Notes under the pieces: model-generated
Seen by the model: only the letters and a program-made list of their open reading frames with translations
What the model was told of the DNA's origin: nothing
The model's database searches: none
Assembly: GCF_964204645.1 (NCBI RefSeq)
Contig: NC_134034.1
Span: 3,985,814 to 4,049,813, forward strand
Direction: 5' to 3'
Length of the DNA: 64,000 nucleotides
Origin: Tubulanus polymorphus
Taxonomy: Eukaryota > Animalia > Nemertea
Position numbers and translations under genes: made by a program
Shown here: positions 24,801-37,600 of the stretch, one piece after another
Layout: the number at the start of each line of letters is the position of its first letter
Position numbering within the stretch: the stretch's first letter is position 1

Positions 24801-27800
24801 CACGGCGAATCTTGGTGGGATCCAGAACAACAGGGCGGTGGTGTAGAAGGTGACATCATTCCGCCACCGATATCTAAAGTAAGCGTACATACGTATAGCA
24901 TTTGAGCGAACGTCGGGTATCGGAGTTAAGGCAAATTTATCGAAACGTTCCGAGTATCGCAGCCGCGTATTTATCGATGGAAGTACTCGTTTCCAAGTGT
25001 GGTACTCGGCACATTTATCCAACGGTATACTCAACTGTTGGTACTGCCTTACCATGCTCAAGAGCATGATTATGCCGAGTATGCTCGATGAAAGAAAATG
25101 GCGGCCACTCATTTGCAGTTCGGCGATATTTGTTGCAACGAAAATCATCAAAACAAATTTATCCACCAAGGATACTTAGAATTGAGTACCTTATCGCATC
25201 AAACCCGGAATTAGGTATGTTTTGATTAATTCGCCTTTAGTCGACTACAGTCGACCTTAAGTGAAACCGCATGTCATTTAGTACGCAAATGGTCGACCAC
25301 GGAATTGAGCACGTCACTGTAGTTCGGACCTAGTTTCAAGATGGCCGACACTTTGAAATACATTACGACCGTACTAAAGAGCGTTCGGTTATCAGTTCCG
25401 ACTATCTACAAAAACCGAAGTTCGCGTAGGATAAAGGCTCTCTTAGGATGATGTCTGAATGGTCCGAAATTCAACAGTGATTAAGTTAGCCTTTTTGCAG
25501 TTTCCGGGCGCCATGTTTTTGGGAACCCAGGGTCCACATTTTTTAATTCCTTCTCATTTTTTTCAATCTAATATTTTTGATTTCGTTCATATCTCTGAAA
25601 CTGTGAAACGGCTAATGATTTGATATGGTGTAATTGTTTACTAAATATCTTTGAAACTGCGTGGTGTGGGTTTTCAATGCCGAGACTAACTCCAATTACA
25701 ATTGTTGTCCTGATTAACACTCCAAACTCAATAATCTATGATTTTGGATGGCAAACTGCAGATGAATTCGGTTGATTCATATCTAGAATTAAGTATAACT
25801 TGCATCTTTTGATAATTAATTGTTTATGATTTTAGTTCCGTAGTGCCGTTAGCCGCGAGAATGCTCTTTGGCCCAAAGGAGTCGTACCGTACGAGTTCAG
25901 CCCTAAATCAAAATTCAGTAAGTAAACATCAGACCAATAACACGTAAAAACCACACATTACCACGCGCTTGAAAAATTCGTTAAAAATCGTTTTATTAGT
26001 ACCAGTGATCGGTTAAAACTTTTAAGAAATTGATATCGATTTTTAAATTTTCAAAGATATTGCTATACCTTCATCCGGATTATGAACTTAGGTTATATCA
26101 TTCTGTAAGTATCAGCCAAGTCGGCCAAAAACAGAAAACACTTGCAGCTTAATATCAGGAAGCAGTGGCGGATCCAGGGATTAATTTTTACGAACTTGCT
26201 ACTTCCAAGAAGGGCATTTCGATGGCCAAAAATACAATACTAGGCGCGCTCCTGCACTGAGGTGCTAAATTTGAACTCGCCACTTCACATGGCTAGATAT
26301 ATATAATATAGACTGGGGGACGCTTTGGGAATCCGTCCGCCCAAGAAATCATGGGCAATGTAATAGAACAATGAAGGTTTGTGGCCAGGGTTTGTATTAG
26401 TGCGAGCTTCAGCAGGCGTCAATCAAACACTGGCAAGCGAGGATGTAGATCGGTAGTGCCGAGTATCGTAACGTTATTATTAATCTTCAGCGCATCGGCC
26501 TTTCGAGCTTTTTGACGCGTCGTATCAGTATAGTTTGTGGAAACTTCTTATCAATTGTAAATGAACTCTTTTCATCCGAAAAGAGAAACTTGCCAGCATT
26601 TCGATTTTAGTCACAGAAGTTCGTACTATAGTTATGTTAACGTAATATAATTTGACTCCTCTCTCCCGTACAGACGCATCAGACATAATCCCAACCCCTT
26701 CCCCCAAACGCGTGTACGTAATAAATGAATGGTCCCAGTTCAGAATATCGAACTACGCGTGTATTTGTACCAAGTATGCATCTCTACTTACCTTTTCAGC
26801 ACCGGAGATTATGGCCAATATCACCGCTGCTATGGAACAATTTCACAAGCACACTTGCATCACATTCGTCCCAAGAACGGACCAGAAATCATATTTGTTC
26901 ATCAGATCGGGGAACGGGTAGGCCTCGGTGTTATAACAATTTTTCCTGCAGAGACTAACTTTGTTGGCTACCCCCAAGAATCGGTAGTTCTAATTTCTAG
27001 CTTACTAATGAATATGACGTACTCAAACGGGAGCCCAAATCAAAGGAAACTTAGCCCACTCATAAGTGCATTAGTCAACGCTGACTCATTTATTGGAATG
27101 TGTTACTTTAATCACAAAATCTTAAAAAAATTCCTAGAGTAATGAGTCGCACTAATTAGCTAAAATTAGTTAGCTTTGTCTAATTTATTAGAAGTTAGTA
27201 TCTATTTTACTTTTAGAATAAAAAGATTATAATGAAATAAGTGAATAATGATATAGATGAAGGCAGATAACAATAGTATTAATGTACGAATTTAGAATTT
27301 GGATCAAAGAAAGCATCGTATTAAACTACATGAACGAAGAAACGAATTTGTTCTCTATGTTGCGTTTGCGTTCTTGAGCTCGTTTTTATTTTCCAGATGT
27401 TCCTCGAATGTGGGAATGGTGCGACCGTTTAGGGGAAAGGGTCAGAACCTAATCCTCGGCATCGGTTGTTACGTAGTCGGTAAGATTATGCACGAAATGA
27501 TGCACGCACTGGGATTCTACCACGAGCAGATGAGATGGGACCGAGATCAATATATCAATATCAAACAGGAATACATTCAACAAGGTGAGATCGACGAAAA
27601 CTGACCAATTAGACGACAAGTAAAAACTCATAGTTTTCCAGTTTTTATATTTCTGTTGCAGTGTCTTCTTTTCTTACACGAAATGCTTGTTTATTCTATC
27701 ATATATGGCATATGATATAAATCATCTTCCATGCATTCTAGGTCGAATGAATAACTTCCGGTTGTACACCGCTGACCAATCCAGGACCGATCTGAACGCC

Positions 27801-30182
27801 CCCTACGATTACAACTCGTTAATGCACTATCCTCGCGTCTCGTTTCCGGCTGATATCGGTCTGGAAACTCTGATTCCGAAAGTGGCGGGGGCTGAAATTG
27901 GCCAACGGGTCGGGTTGTCGCGCATCGACAAGTATAAGATCAACAAACTGTACCAGTGTTCGGACAAACTCGGTAAGAACTGTTTATATCGAATAGGCAA
28001 AATATGAGTAAATTCCATAATCAATCTAGACGTTCACGTACTTAACAAGAATTTGCTTTACAAAATATCAAATATAGATCGATGTAACCATCTATGTATA
28101 ACTTTGATGTCGTTTGGAGATCGCTACTTTTCAAGTGCTGCTCCACGCATGCGGAATAAGCATCCTGTAGGGCGTCAGACAGTAGCGGTTAAGCGATCTT
28201 CAGACGACTTCTAAAACCACATCCATTCGTTTCGAAACTTGTATACACATATTGTCTTTGATCACATCAAGTGGATACAGGAACTATAAATACACTAATA
28301 ATGAAAACGATGATAGAAATATATTCAGTTTTTTATGCATTGTTTCTGGGTCTTGATTTAAACGGGCTAAAACAACAAGATCTGTATTTCTTTTAGTTGA
28401 ACTAGATGCTGAATATTACACAACCCCAGCACCCGGTACCGTTTCTGGTAAGTACGATCGAGTTTCTATGTTAACATTAATTCGTTGTTCAAGTAATATG
28501 TGTTGAACTGGTTGAATAGGTTTTTTAAAGTTTTTTTGTCATTAACAATTTTCGTTAGACTATTTCATGAAATTGGACGCTGAGCTACAGTTAAATGAAG
28601 ATTCGGGTTTAAAATCTATCTAATGTATAGCTAAGTTTATTGCTTTATTGGTGTCGATTCCCATCAATAAGAACTTAATCTCTAGTAAAAAAGAATCCAC
28701 GTGTGCTTTTGTCTTCAATAATGATAAATATGGTTCAAAAACGTGCACCTGCAAGGAACGGGCATCTGCTGAAACTTACTGATTGAAATATTTCTTTCTC
28801 AGTAATGAACGAACCAAAATTCAAATCATTAGCAAATTCATTATTTGTGGACTTATTCCGTGTAAATATGTGTTTTTCGCAAAACTAAATTTCTTAGAGA
28901 GCATAAATACCTTTAAGAATAAATCAAAATGTTTCTTCTCTTGGTTATCCGTATTTTCTAAGTTCCACCTACGAAGATAGTCGAAGGTTTTTACCACTGT
29001 TCTTTCGATATGAAATTCGCCTGCGGATTCAGAGACGATCTCTCGTCGGACTTCGACTGGAAAATCAATAACGGTCCAACCTTGAGTAAGGACACCGGCC
29101 CGGACGCCGATGCAAAAGGCGGAGAAGGTACGTTGAAACGTAGGAACTAAAACGGATGCGTCGGGATTCCGGACTGAATTAGGCGGACTCGATTGACGCT
29201 CTACTGGAAACGTTAATCAAGACATCTAGTTAACTATCATTACATATTTCCGTTTCCTAATTTACCTGTAAACATAGTGAAGCTGACTGACACTCATGCT
29301 TGAATATTATGAAATATCGCCGTATCAACAACATTTGCCCTTTCCGACACAGCGCGCAACATCGATAATTGTGATACGATTTGCATATTTTCAATATAGG
29401 TGGATATATCTATACGGAGACGACGGGCAGGAATTCTGGCGACGTCTCACGCCTCGTTTCGCCGTTATTAGAAGCGCCGGTAGGCGGCGCCTGCTTACGG
29501 TTCTTTTATCACATGTACGGCGAAGACGTAGGCACATTGCGAGTCTATATGCGGACGACTGACGGTCGAAAAAGCGAATTGCTGTTGGAAAAAGGCTCAA
29601 AAGCAAATCAATGGTTTAAATTCCACGAGGATATTCAAAGCGATAAACCCTTCGAGGTAAGGTAGCGAGTATACGGCCTAAATCAAGTTGTGCAGATGCC
29701 GGCATGCAGACCACACGGGGACCAGGGGAAAGGGGTTCCATGGGATTCGCACAAAGCTCTAAAATATTCCCAAGTGTCTTTGTTTCAAAGATTTCTCCGG
29801 CAAAAATTGGGGTAGAAAGGGGTAGATTTTCCCCGGAAAAGGCCTTATAGCTTCTTGTTGAAAGGGGCACAAAATGTTTTGATAAAAAGCCATTCGAAAA
29901 CATATTCTGGCAGTTCCTTACTTATCACGTCAAGTAGAATCCTCGGTTGGTGCAAGGTTCTTGATTTTACGCAGACTCGCCAACATTTACTTACTCATCT
30001 AAGACTTCTAGCACTCTGGTACTATATTTCTCAAACTATCGATGCTAATCTAATTTATGTTCCAGGTTGTTTTCGAGACGGTTCTACCGAACGATAAGAA
30101 GTATCTGGCGGGTCTTGCAGACGTCGCCATCGACGACTTTACCTTGGTTCCGCGGTCGAAGTATCCCGACATTGTCTGCTGA
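21823..30182 (+). CDS. Secreted astacin-family (M12A) zinc metalloprotease with C-terminal MAM domain, ~462 aa; exons 21823-21882, 22474-22495, 24781-24878, 25836-25917, 26800-26917, 27397-27584, 27742-27972, 28397-28447, 28963-29127, 29400-29656, 30066-30182
   Basis: All phases compatible (1389 nt). Signal peptide MVALQLRTALLVIFFVSFTEA, pro-region VEGDI, LWPKGVVPY, HEMMHALGFYHEQMRWDRD zinc motif, SLMHY Met-turn, MAM motifs CSFD..CGF..FDW..DTGP, GYIYTE, CLRFFYHMYG, DVAIDD. The first two small exons are less certain. Confidence 0.88.
22055..22230 (+). mobile_element. tRNA-derived SINE
   Basis: A-box TGGCCGAGTGG and B-box GGTTCAAACC followed by a non-tRNA body shared with the copy at 39975-40180. 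Confidence 0.8.
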
Positions 30183-30528
30183 TAAAGTCCATACGGACTG
30201 CACCTCGACATTCATTCGAGAAATTAATGTTTAATTCTGGAGACTAAAAATTGAAAAAAAACATAGATTAAAATGTCATTAATCGTTCACAATTTCAAAA
30301 TCAAGGTTTCTAAATAGAAGGCTTATTAACCTCGTTTTTAGTTCTGGACAGTCTTAGGTTCAAGACATAGATACGTACCCGCTGCCGAGTGGTTCAAGCA
30401 TTGACCCTGAAACGACTCTAAATCGTTTGAGAGTAGCCATTTCGGTTCAAGTCCAGTATAGCGTGGAATAGTTCCCCGCTCAAAGATACATTTTTAGAAA
30501 AGGAAAAATTCGGCTTCGTACTTTTCAA

Positions 30529-30983
30529 GACAAACCGACATACCGACAAACCGACGAACCGACAAACCGACGAACCGACATACTCGTAGTCCTTCGATCC
30601 AGCCACGGGTAATCCATTGAAAAACCCTGTCCCTCGGTCCTAGCCACATTGTATAAGGGTAATCCACGCAACCACGCAGCCCCTCGATCCTAGCCACTTT
30701 ATATGAGGGCAATCGGCGGGTAATCCACGCATAAACCCAGCCCCTCGATCCCAGCCACTTTATATAAGTGTAATCCACGCACGGATTTGTCGGTTCGTCG
30801 GTATGCCAGTTTGCCAGTAAATCGGTTCGTCGGTTCGTCGGTATGTCGGTTCGTCGGTTTGTCGGTATGTCGGCTTGTCGGTACGTCGGTTTGTCGGTTC
30901 GTCGGTTTGTCGGTTTGTCGTTATGTCGGTATGTGGATTTGTCGGTATGTCGGTATGTGGATTTGTCGGTATGTCGGTATGTC
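30529..30983. repeat. Foldback-like repeat: (ACCGACAA/ACCGACGA)n and inverted (TTGTCGGT)n octamer arms flanking ~50-bp tandem repeats
   Basis: Left arm ~30529-30582, right arm ~30787-30983, about 4 internal units ccctcgatcctagccac..gtaatccacgca. Confidence 0.7.
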
Positions 30984-33900
30984 CGCACGTCCCTATAGCG
31001 TAATGTCGTAAGATTCAATCAGTCCAATATTGGTGGATTAATTCCAAATACCAGTCCAATGTGATAAGTCTCTGCTGGAACTATTTAATGCTATAATGGA
31101 CTTGAGCCCATATTTCCATGGTTCAAGTGAAAACAACCTGTTGGTTTCGAAAAACTCGCTAAACGCTCAAATGCGTGTCTTGTTTGGCAAAACGTGCACG
31201 CAGCTTTCTTATCCACTGTGCTTATGATTCCCACCGACTCATGACCCATGAGCTTCGGCAACAACAACTCGATAGAAAAGGCATTTCCCCCACTTTTAAC
31301 TCTACGAACTATATATAACCGAAAGAACTAAGTTGTTTACTACATGGAAGCCAAGTTTTATTTTAATACCGAGTTTGGAGCGCATTTGAACGGACTCTAG
31401 TTTGGATACCTGCGCTATATAAATGTCCGACCTCAATTTTGATTTAAATATAGTGAACTAGCTGTCACCGTATAGAAAAATCTGTCACAGTAATGGCAGC
31501 CATCTTGGATTTTCTGGAAGCCCAAGGGTGACGGCCCTACACCCACGTGGACTTCATTACAGACATCCTATAGATGAATAATCAACATAGAAAAAAAACT
31601 ATAACAGAGAAATCCATCCAAACTGCCACGGCTGCTGGACTACAGCGAATCATTCTAACGTTTACAGCTGCAATTAGCAATTACCTAGATACTTCCATTT
31701 CTTCTTCTTTTCTTACATTTGCATTTGGTCTGCCATCTATGTACAGTAATTAGTTTTCATCTACACGTTGTCTCGCGTATAATGCATTTTAAATGCGGTT
31801 GTAAGTCTCATGTACTACGTAATGTATAATGTGCCAAATAGATTTCTTGTTTAAAAAACCGCACACAAGCACTAAATTTCAAAGCCATTCAAAAACTATT
31901 CCTCGACGACTGAATCATCGATATACTTAATTAAAGTGCTTTACACTTGTAATACAGTATGAGTATGTACTTTAAACGTGTTCTCTCTCTGAAATGATTT
32001 CTAGGTCTTGAATAATTCATGATTGAACTTGTTGAGATGTAAGTCCTTTTCACACGTAGGCCTCTACGAGGGGCTCATTAGATTCCGCATCTTATTAACG
32101 TCGGTATTTCGATATTTTGGCGGCGTCTCGGGTGTTTTGGCGTGAACGCTCCTTTGTTCATTCACCAGCCGCGTCACGAGACCCATGCCGCCGTGCATGT
32201 GTTATTACGCGTTGGCCCCATTGCGAAGGTCAATAAACGTAAGATCCCGGAAGCTTTAAAACCTATCACTCTTACATAAGGGTCTAATCAGGAAGGTTCT
32301 CTAACCTCCTGCCTTAACTGGCAACGGGTGAACAAACTATAATGACGTCGCGATGTGGCATTTTCCATGGGCGATATAGACGACAGACTGGTCACGCGGC
32401 CGAAATAGCTGAAATAACGATTGGAAACTGACTAGTAATCGCTGAATACGCGTTCTTAACCAAATCTATGTATCATTTATCATATAATGTATTCTTCGAT
32501 ACGGAATTACCTTCCGGATCTAATAAGCGTGGCATTTCGGAGCCGTACGTTAAGTCTTAAGTAGGACTCGAATGTTTATATCGACGTATGATTCCTGTGA
32601 TCCATTCGGAGGTGAATTCATTCAGATCCGAGGAAAATTCTTTTCTGACATATCAATGAGCAAATATAATATGAAAGTATTAGCAGCAGCAAAAACCTTT
32701 CATGGGAAACATACCCTTGTACAAAAGATTGTGCCTTTTTACGGAAATTGTGCCTTTTCAATGTTTTCGACAACATTGTGGCCTTCTCGACGTAAAGCGG
32801 GCTTCAATATGGTAAATGGAACGCTGAAATGTTACGGTCCTCAAGAAGCCTCGTCGTGTTGGTGTAGTGTGTTTTTCAGCGCGACGGCGTCATAGACAAA
32901 CACACAATAAGTGACTTTTTACGGATCCTATATATTTTCCCAGCAAAGTCGTTGAACTTTGAACGCATTATAACTGTCAGAAATATGAAGATAAACGTTT
33001 AGCTCCCATCGGTGTTTTCTTACTTTTTCAAATACCATTAAACGTCATTACTATATTTCAACATAATTTCGATTTCATATTTTTAAATATACGTACCTGC
33101 TACTAAACAAATGTAGTTTTATCCTTATATTTCATTGTTGTTCCATCTTAGTTATTCTATTAGTGACGGGTATACTAGCAATGCTTCTGTAGCAATCGAG
33201 GATCCAATACTTGTCACTAGTGTGAAGTCAGCCATATTGAGCCGGCAATATAACAAGCAATATACAATAATCTGACGTCATTATTTTTCCTCGCTCCGAA
33301 TGCGCACGCGTTTTGCTGCACCGTCGGATGGTTTCCACCGACTACTGATCCATTTCCATCGTGTTCAGACCTCACGGAGAACGTAGTCCATTTTATATAT
33401 GATCATGGTCATGATCGTCGAAATATCAACAGGATAATGCATTGTTTCATATGGCCATTGTCCACCTCTTCAGCAGCCCACCAATTCAGTGTCGTTTTTT
33501 TTTCTGCTGAGATACCGGGTGCTACTTGGCTGCAGTTCTTGTCTTCCGAGTTAACGAAGAAAGCATTGTAAGTATAAGGAACATTACGGAACCCCGGAAG
33601 GGCCATACGTCGAGAACTGGCCTTACTGGCGCTTCGTAACTCGATAAATAGAAAAATCATTTGCATGAATGTCATTCACAGGTTAGCGTACCAAAATGAT
33701 GTCGTTCCGATGACCTCTATATATAACAAAATCCTCGATATTATGCCGCGGCAAAGTCTTGGCGAGGCATTAAAAAATATTCAAATTCTAAAATTCTAAC
33801 CTGACGATTGACAAGAAAGAGTGTAGATAGAAATTGTCAATTATCGTAATTTCGCCATTGGTAGAAAGTATTCTAAAAATGTACAGCAATAACCATTTAT

Positions 33901-33985
33901 GTATGTGGGAAAGTGGAGCTCTTGAACAGGTCAATAGTTTCGAAATTTGGAACATTTCAAGTATATTTTCCGTGAGTTAACGTAT

Positions 33986-34096
33986 TATTAAATTACACAG
34001 ATGACAGTTTCACTAGAGTACATCACACTTTTCATCGACGAGCACACGGGCCTTAGAGCGTCGCTGGAAAAAAAAAACGGAATTCGTCTGCATTAG
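33986..34096 (+). promoter_or_regulatory. Putative TATA box and non-coding exon 1 of paralog A (equivalent 45688-45802 for paralog B)
   Basis: TATTAAA (33986) and TATAAA (45688) at homologous positions, then a conserved ATG-less block ending in donors AG|gtaagt (34096/34097) and AG|gtgagt (45802/45803). Confidence 0.5.
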
Positions 34097-34364
34097 GTAA
34101 GTATCATACAGACATGTAAGGCGCGATACCGAAAGAGTATGCTACATTTTAGAGGTAAATGAAAAAGAAAGGATGATCGAAAAGTTATTTTTCGAAATGG
34201 TACACCGATACGATTCCCGTGTAGAATTTCATACTCAGTTGGTTGAGTTAGATTTAAGTGACGAAAGAAAACACCATTGTTAAATTAGGCCTACTAGATG
34301 TCATTGATGGGCTGTATATACTTATACATGGTGTAACTGTTGTTTCTGTTGTAACTCAGTTTTG

Positions 34365-34530
34365 CTGAAGATGACTATTAGAATATAGTCGAAACGTTGA
34401 ATAAATAACTAGCTCAAGGAATACATTATTCCTGATAATTTCTATTAGAAAATAGTCGGAATGTCGAATAAACTACTAGCTCAAGGAATACAGTATTCCT
34501 GGAGATGTCTCTTGGAATATAGTCGCAGCT
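34365..34530 (+). ncRNA. Short array (~3 units) of minimal hammerhead-ribozyme-like repeats
   Basis: First unit CTGAAGA-T-GACTAT-tagaat-ATAGTC-GAAAC-GTT-GAATA; later units degenerate. Same family as 46340-47105 but opposite orientation. Confidence 0.55.
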
Positions 34531-34650
34531 CTAGGAAACATTTATGTATATTTATCTTTTCGTGAATTTTTTTACTGACCGCGGATGACGTCAATTTCGA
34601 TGATAGGAACATTTTGATGTCGTCACGTTTGTTACATTGCAGTTGTCAAG

Positions 34651-37600
34651 ATGAAGAAAATCATCGTCGGTATATTCACATATTGTATCGTAGTAATATC
34701 AGTGATCGGGCCCCTGGCTCCAGGAGGTAAGAAAGCCATATATTCTAAAGGGAACCTTCTAATGACTTATGTGGAAATTCAACGGAAATTTGCAAAATGA
34801 GCGCTATTCATTTCAATTACCGTCGGTATCAAAAGCAAGTTCACGTCATTGGCCCGGCTCATAAACGAAACATTCGCGCCTATCGTTTTCAAGGGGTTCG
34901 GGGGTCTTCCCGGTGGGTTTTTTCACAAATGATTGCATTCCGATGACTCAGTCAACTGTGAATGAAATCTCAAACGATTTTTTTCGATGTCAGCTGTCGG
35001 CTGACATGACCTCATAACTGAATTTCCAATAGATGGCGGACTAGTCAAACCTGGCTGCTAGACTTTATCAGCACACTTTATCAGCTTTTGATAGAGATGT
35101 CTTACAGTCGTTTGAATGTACTAGGGCTCACGGCGAGCCTTAGCAGTGTATGATTTCAATAAGAATCAACTATATGTAAAGCCTGAGCGGAATTATGTCC
35201 ATGTCTTGTTTATTCTAAGTGACAAATATATGAAATATTCTAACATTCAATATGTCCGTCAATTAGCTAACCGAAATAGTAAAACATGAATAGAATATAA
35301 AATGCTTATTCTGAGAGCTTAGCTGACGAGTCCGCATATCCGTTTGTAAAAGCCTACGAGAAAGTATAAATCTTATAGATATCTGAGATATCATAACAAA
35401 TGATACACATTCTGTATTGCAAGGCAATATTGGCAATTCGGGACAAGGAGAAGAACTCGTTTTCCTGGCCGACAGAGGAACTGGTGATAATGTTTTCAAG
35501 AAATGGACTCAAACAGCGAAGAATATTGTAACTGAAGATACGTCTTGCGCGTGCGCCTGGAGACAAGAAATTAGCGTCCCCTGCCTCAACTGTACTTGGA
35601 AAAGTAATAAGATTGATGCGTGGCCATCCGGCATCAATGAGGTAGGACTATACGTGTACGTGTAAAAAGAGGCGAAGTTCCAATTGAATTGGAATTTTAA
35701 GACCTCGAATATCGGGTTTTAAAAGGCTTAAAGGATCAGCTGGTAGAATACCCAAGTCACACGGGAGGCTACCTATCGGTCTTCAGTTAACGTTGAACTC
35801 ATTGAACGTGCATGGTACGGCTGCGTACAACGCCCGTTGTCGCTGCTTTGCAGCTATATTGATTTGTTTTCCGTTCTACTTTGAAGTCAAATTACGAATC
35901 CAACAATAAATGAGTTATGAATTCTCAGATCACCAGCACGTTTCGTGCCATTCACCACATCAGGGTCGAATCCCAGCAATGCTGCACACTTTAATCTTTT
36001 GTAATTGCTTTATTCCAATGCATGCCACGGCGATGCAAATAACCCGAAATCGCTGCCTGGCTGATGTATTTTAAACTTTTTTTCAAAGGACGTTGATAGA
36101 AAATACTATTTGCACCCCTCCCCCATCGTTTCTTCAGAGAAAAACCTGGATGAGAAACCAGGGGCGGATCAAGGCGGTGCATTTGACTGCATTCCTCAAA
36201 ATCATTGCTCAATGATATGGCGGCGGCGAAGCTCATTAAAGGGTGGCTTGGGGTTCCTCTCCGAGAAAAATTTCATTGTATTAAAAAAGGCATTCTGGAC
36301 CTGTTAGATTTGGTACTTCTAGTAAAAAGTAAATACATTTTTCTGACTATATTCTGAAATACAGTGGAATATAGCTTGGATCCGCCCCTGGAAAATGGGG
36401 TATTTCTTTGCGTGACCTCATAAAGATTGAATTATTGAATAATAATATAATTCCAACCTCTCCGCCTCCCAACAAGGTCGATGTTCGAACCTAATCGCAT
36501 TGGAATCTAGTGGTCAAATACCCTTAGTCTTATCGACCAGGTGAATGCAGTATCAATGCGTATGACGTTTCGGATCCGTGGAGTTACATTCCGAAGCGGC
36601 CTTTTAAAGCTAGAAATAGGGACCTTCGAGCTGCCTGGCTGATGTATTTTAAACTTTTTTTCAAAGGACGTTGATAGAAAATACTATTTGCACCCCTCCC
36701 CCATCGTTTCTTCAGAGAAAAACCTGGATGAGAAACCAGGGGCGGATCAAGGCGGTGCATTTGACTGCATTCCTCAAAATCATTGCTCAATGATATGGCG
36801 GCGGCGAAGCTCATTAAAGGGTGGCTTGGGGTTCCTCTCCGAGAAAAATTTCATTGTATTAAAAAAGGCATTCTGGACCTGTTAGATTTGGTACTTCTAG
36901 TAAAAAGTAAATACATTTTTCTGACTATATTCTGAAATACAGTGGAATATAGCTTGGATCCGCCCCTGGAAACTGGGGTATTTCTTTGCGTGACCTCATA
37001 AAGATTGAATTATTGAATAATAATATAATTCCAACCTCTCCGCCTCCCAACAAGGTCGATGTTCGAACCTAATCGCATTGGAATCTAGTGGTCAAATACC
37101 CTTAGTCTTATCGACCAGGTGAATGCAGTATCAATGCGTATGACGTTTCGGATCCGTGGAGTTACATTCCGAAGCGGCCTTTTAAAGCTAGAAATAGGGA
37201 CCTTCGAGCTTCATATCAATTGTACCTATACGTGCATGATGGCCCGGCCATATACATGATAGGTCAGCTTCAGTTAAACCGGCTCCGCATTCATCCGCAT
37301 TTTCACCCTAAATCTGGGCCAACAGATGCGGGTTAAGTTGAATGAATTCATAGTAAACTTCGTGTAAGTCGGATCGGTGAAAGTTGGATAATCGCTTTTA
37401 TCGGACGAATATTGATGGTCCCTTCTCTTCTTCAAAGAAATTCATATTCCAAAGTCGGATTTCATAAGTCTGAAACTCGCCTATCTCGCGGTACTTTTCT
37501 TGGTACCAAAAATAAAAGATCAGTTGAATTTTCTCACCGAAAATCGCAGGGCTATTTTCATCGCAGTGCAGTTTGATTTCTTCCCTATTCCGACCCATGT

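Noticed and set aside
30494-31018. 174-aa ORF with TDKPT/TNRR repeats
   Set aside because: Translation of an octamer repeat array with no coding signature.
31490-31642. Possible Academ-like transposon end (..GCTGGACTA)
   Set aside because: No partner terminus or TSD found in the window, so it cannot be supported.
35929-36074. Extra exon in the secreted-protein paralogs (AG followed by a conserved block; also 49151-49292)
   Set aside because: Two 2-nt indels between copies and early stops in the required phase; the flanking exons join cleanly as INE|VKVVLY.
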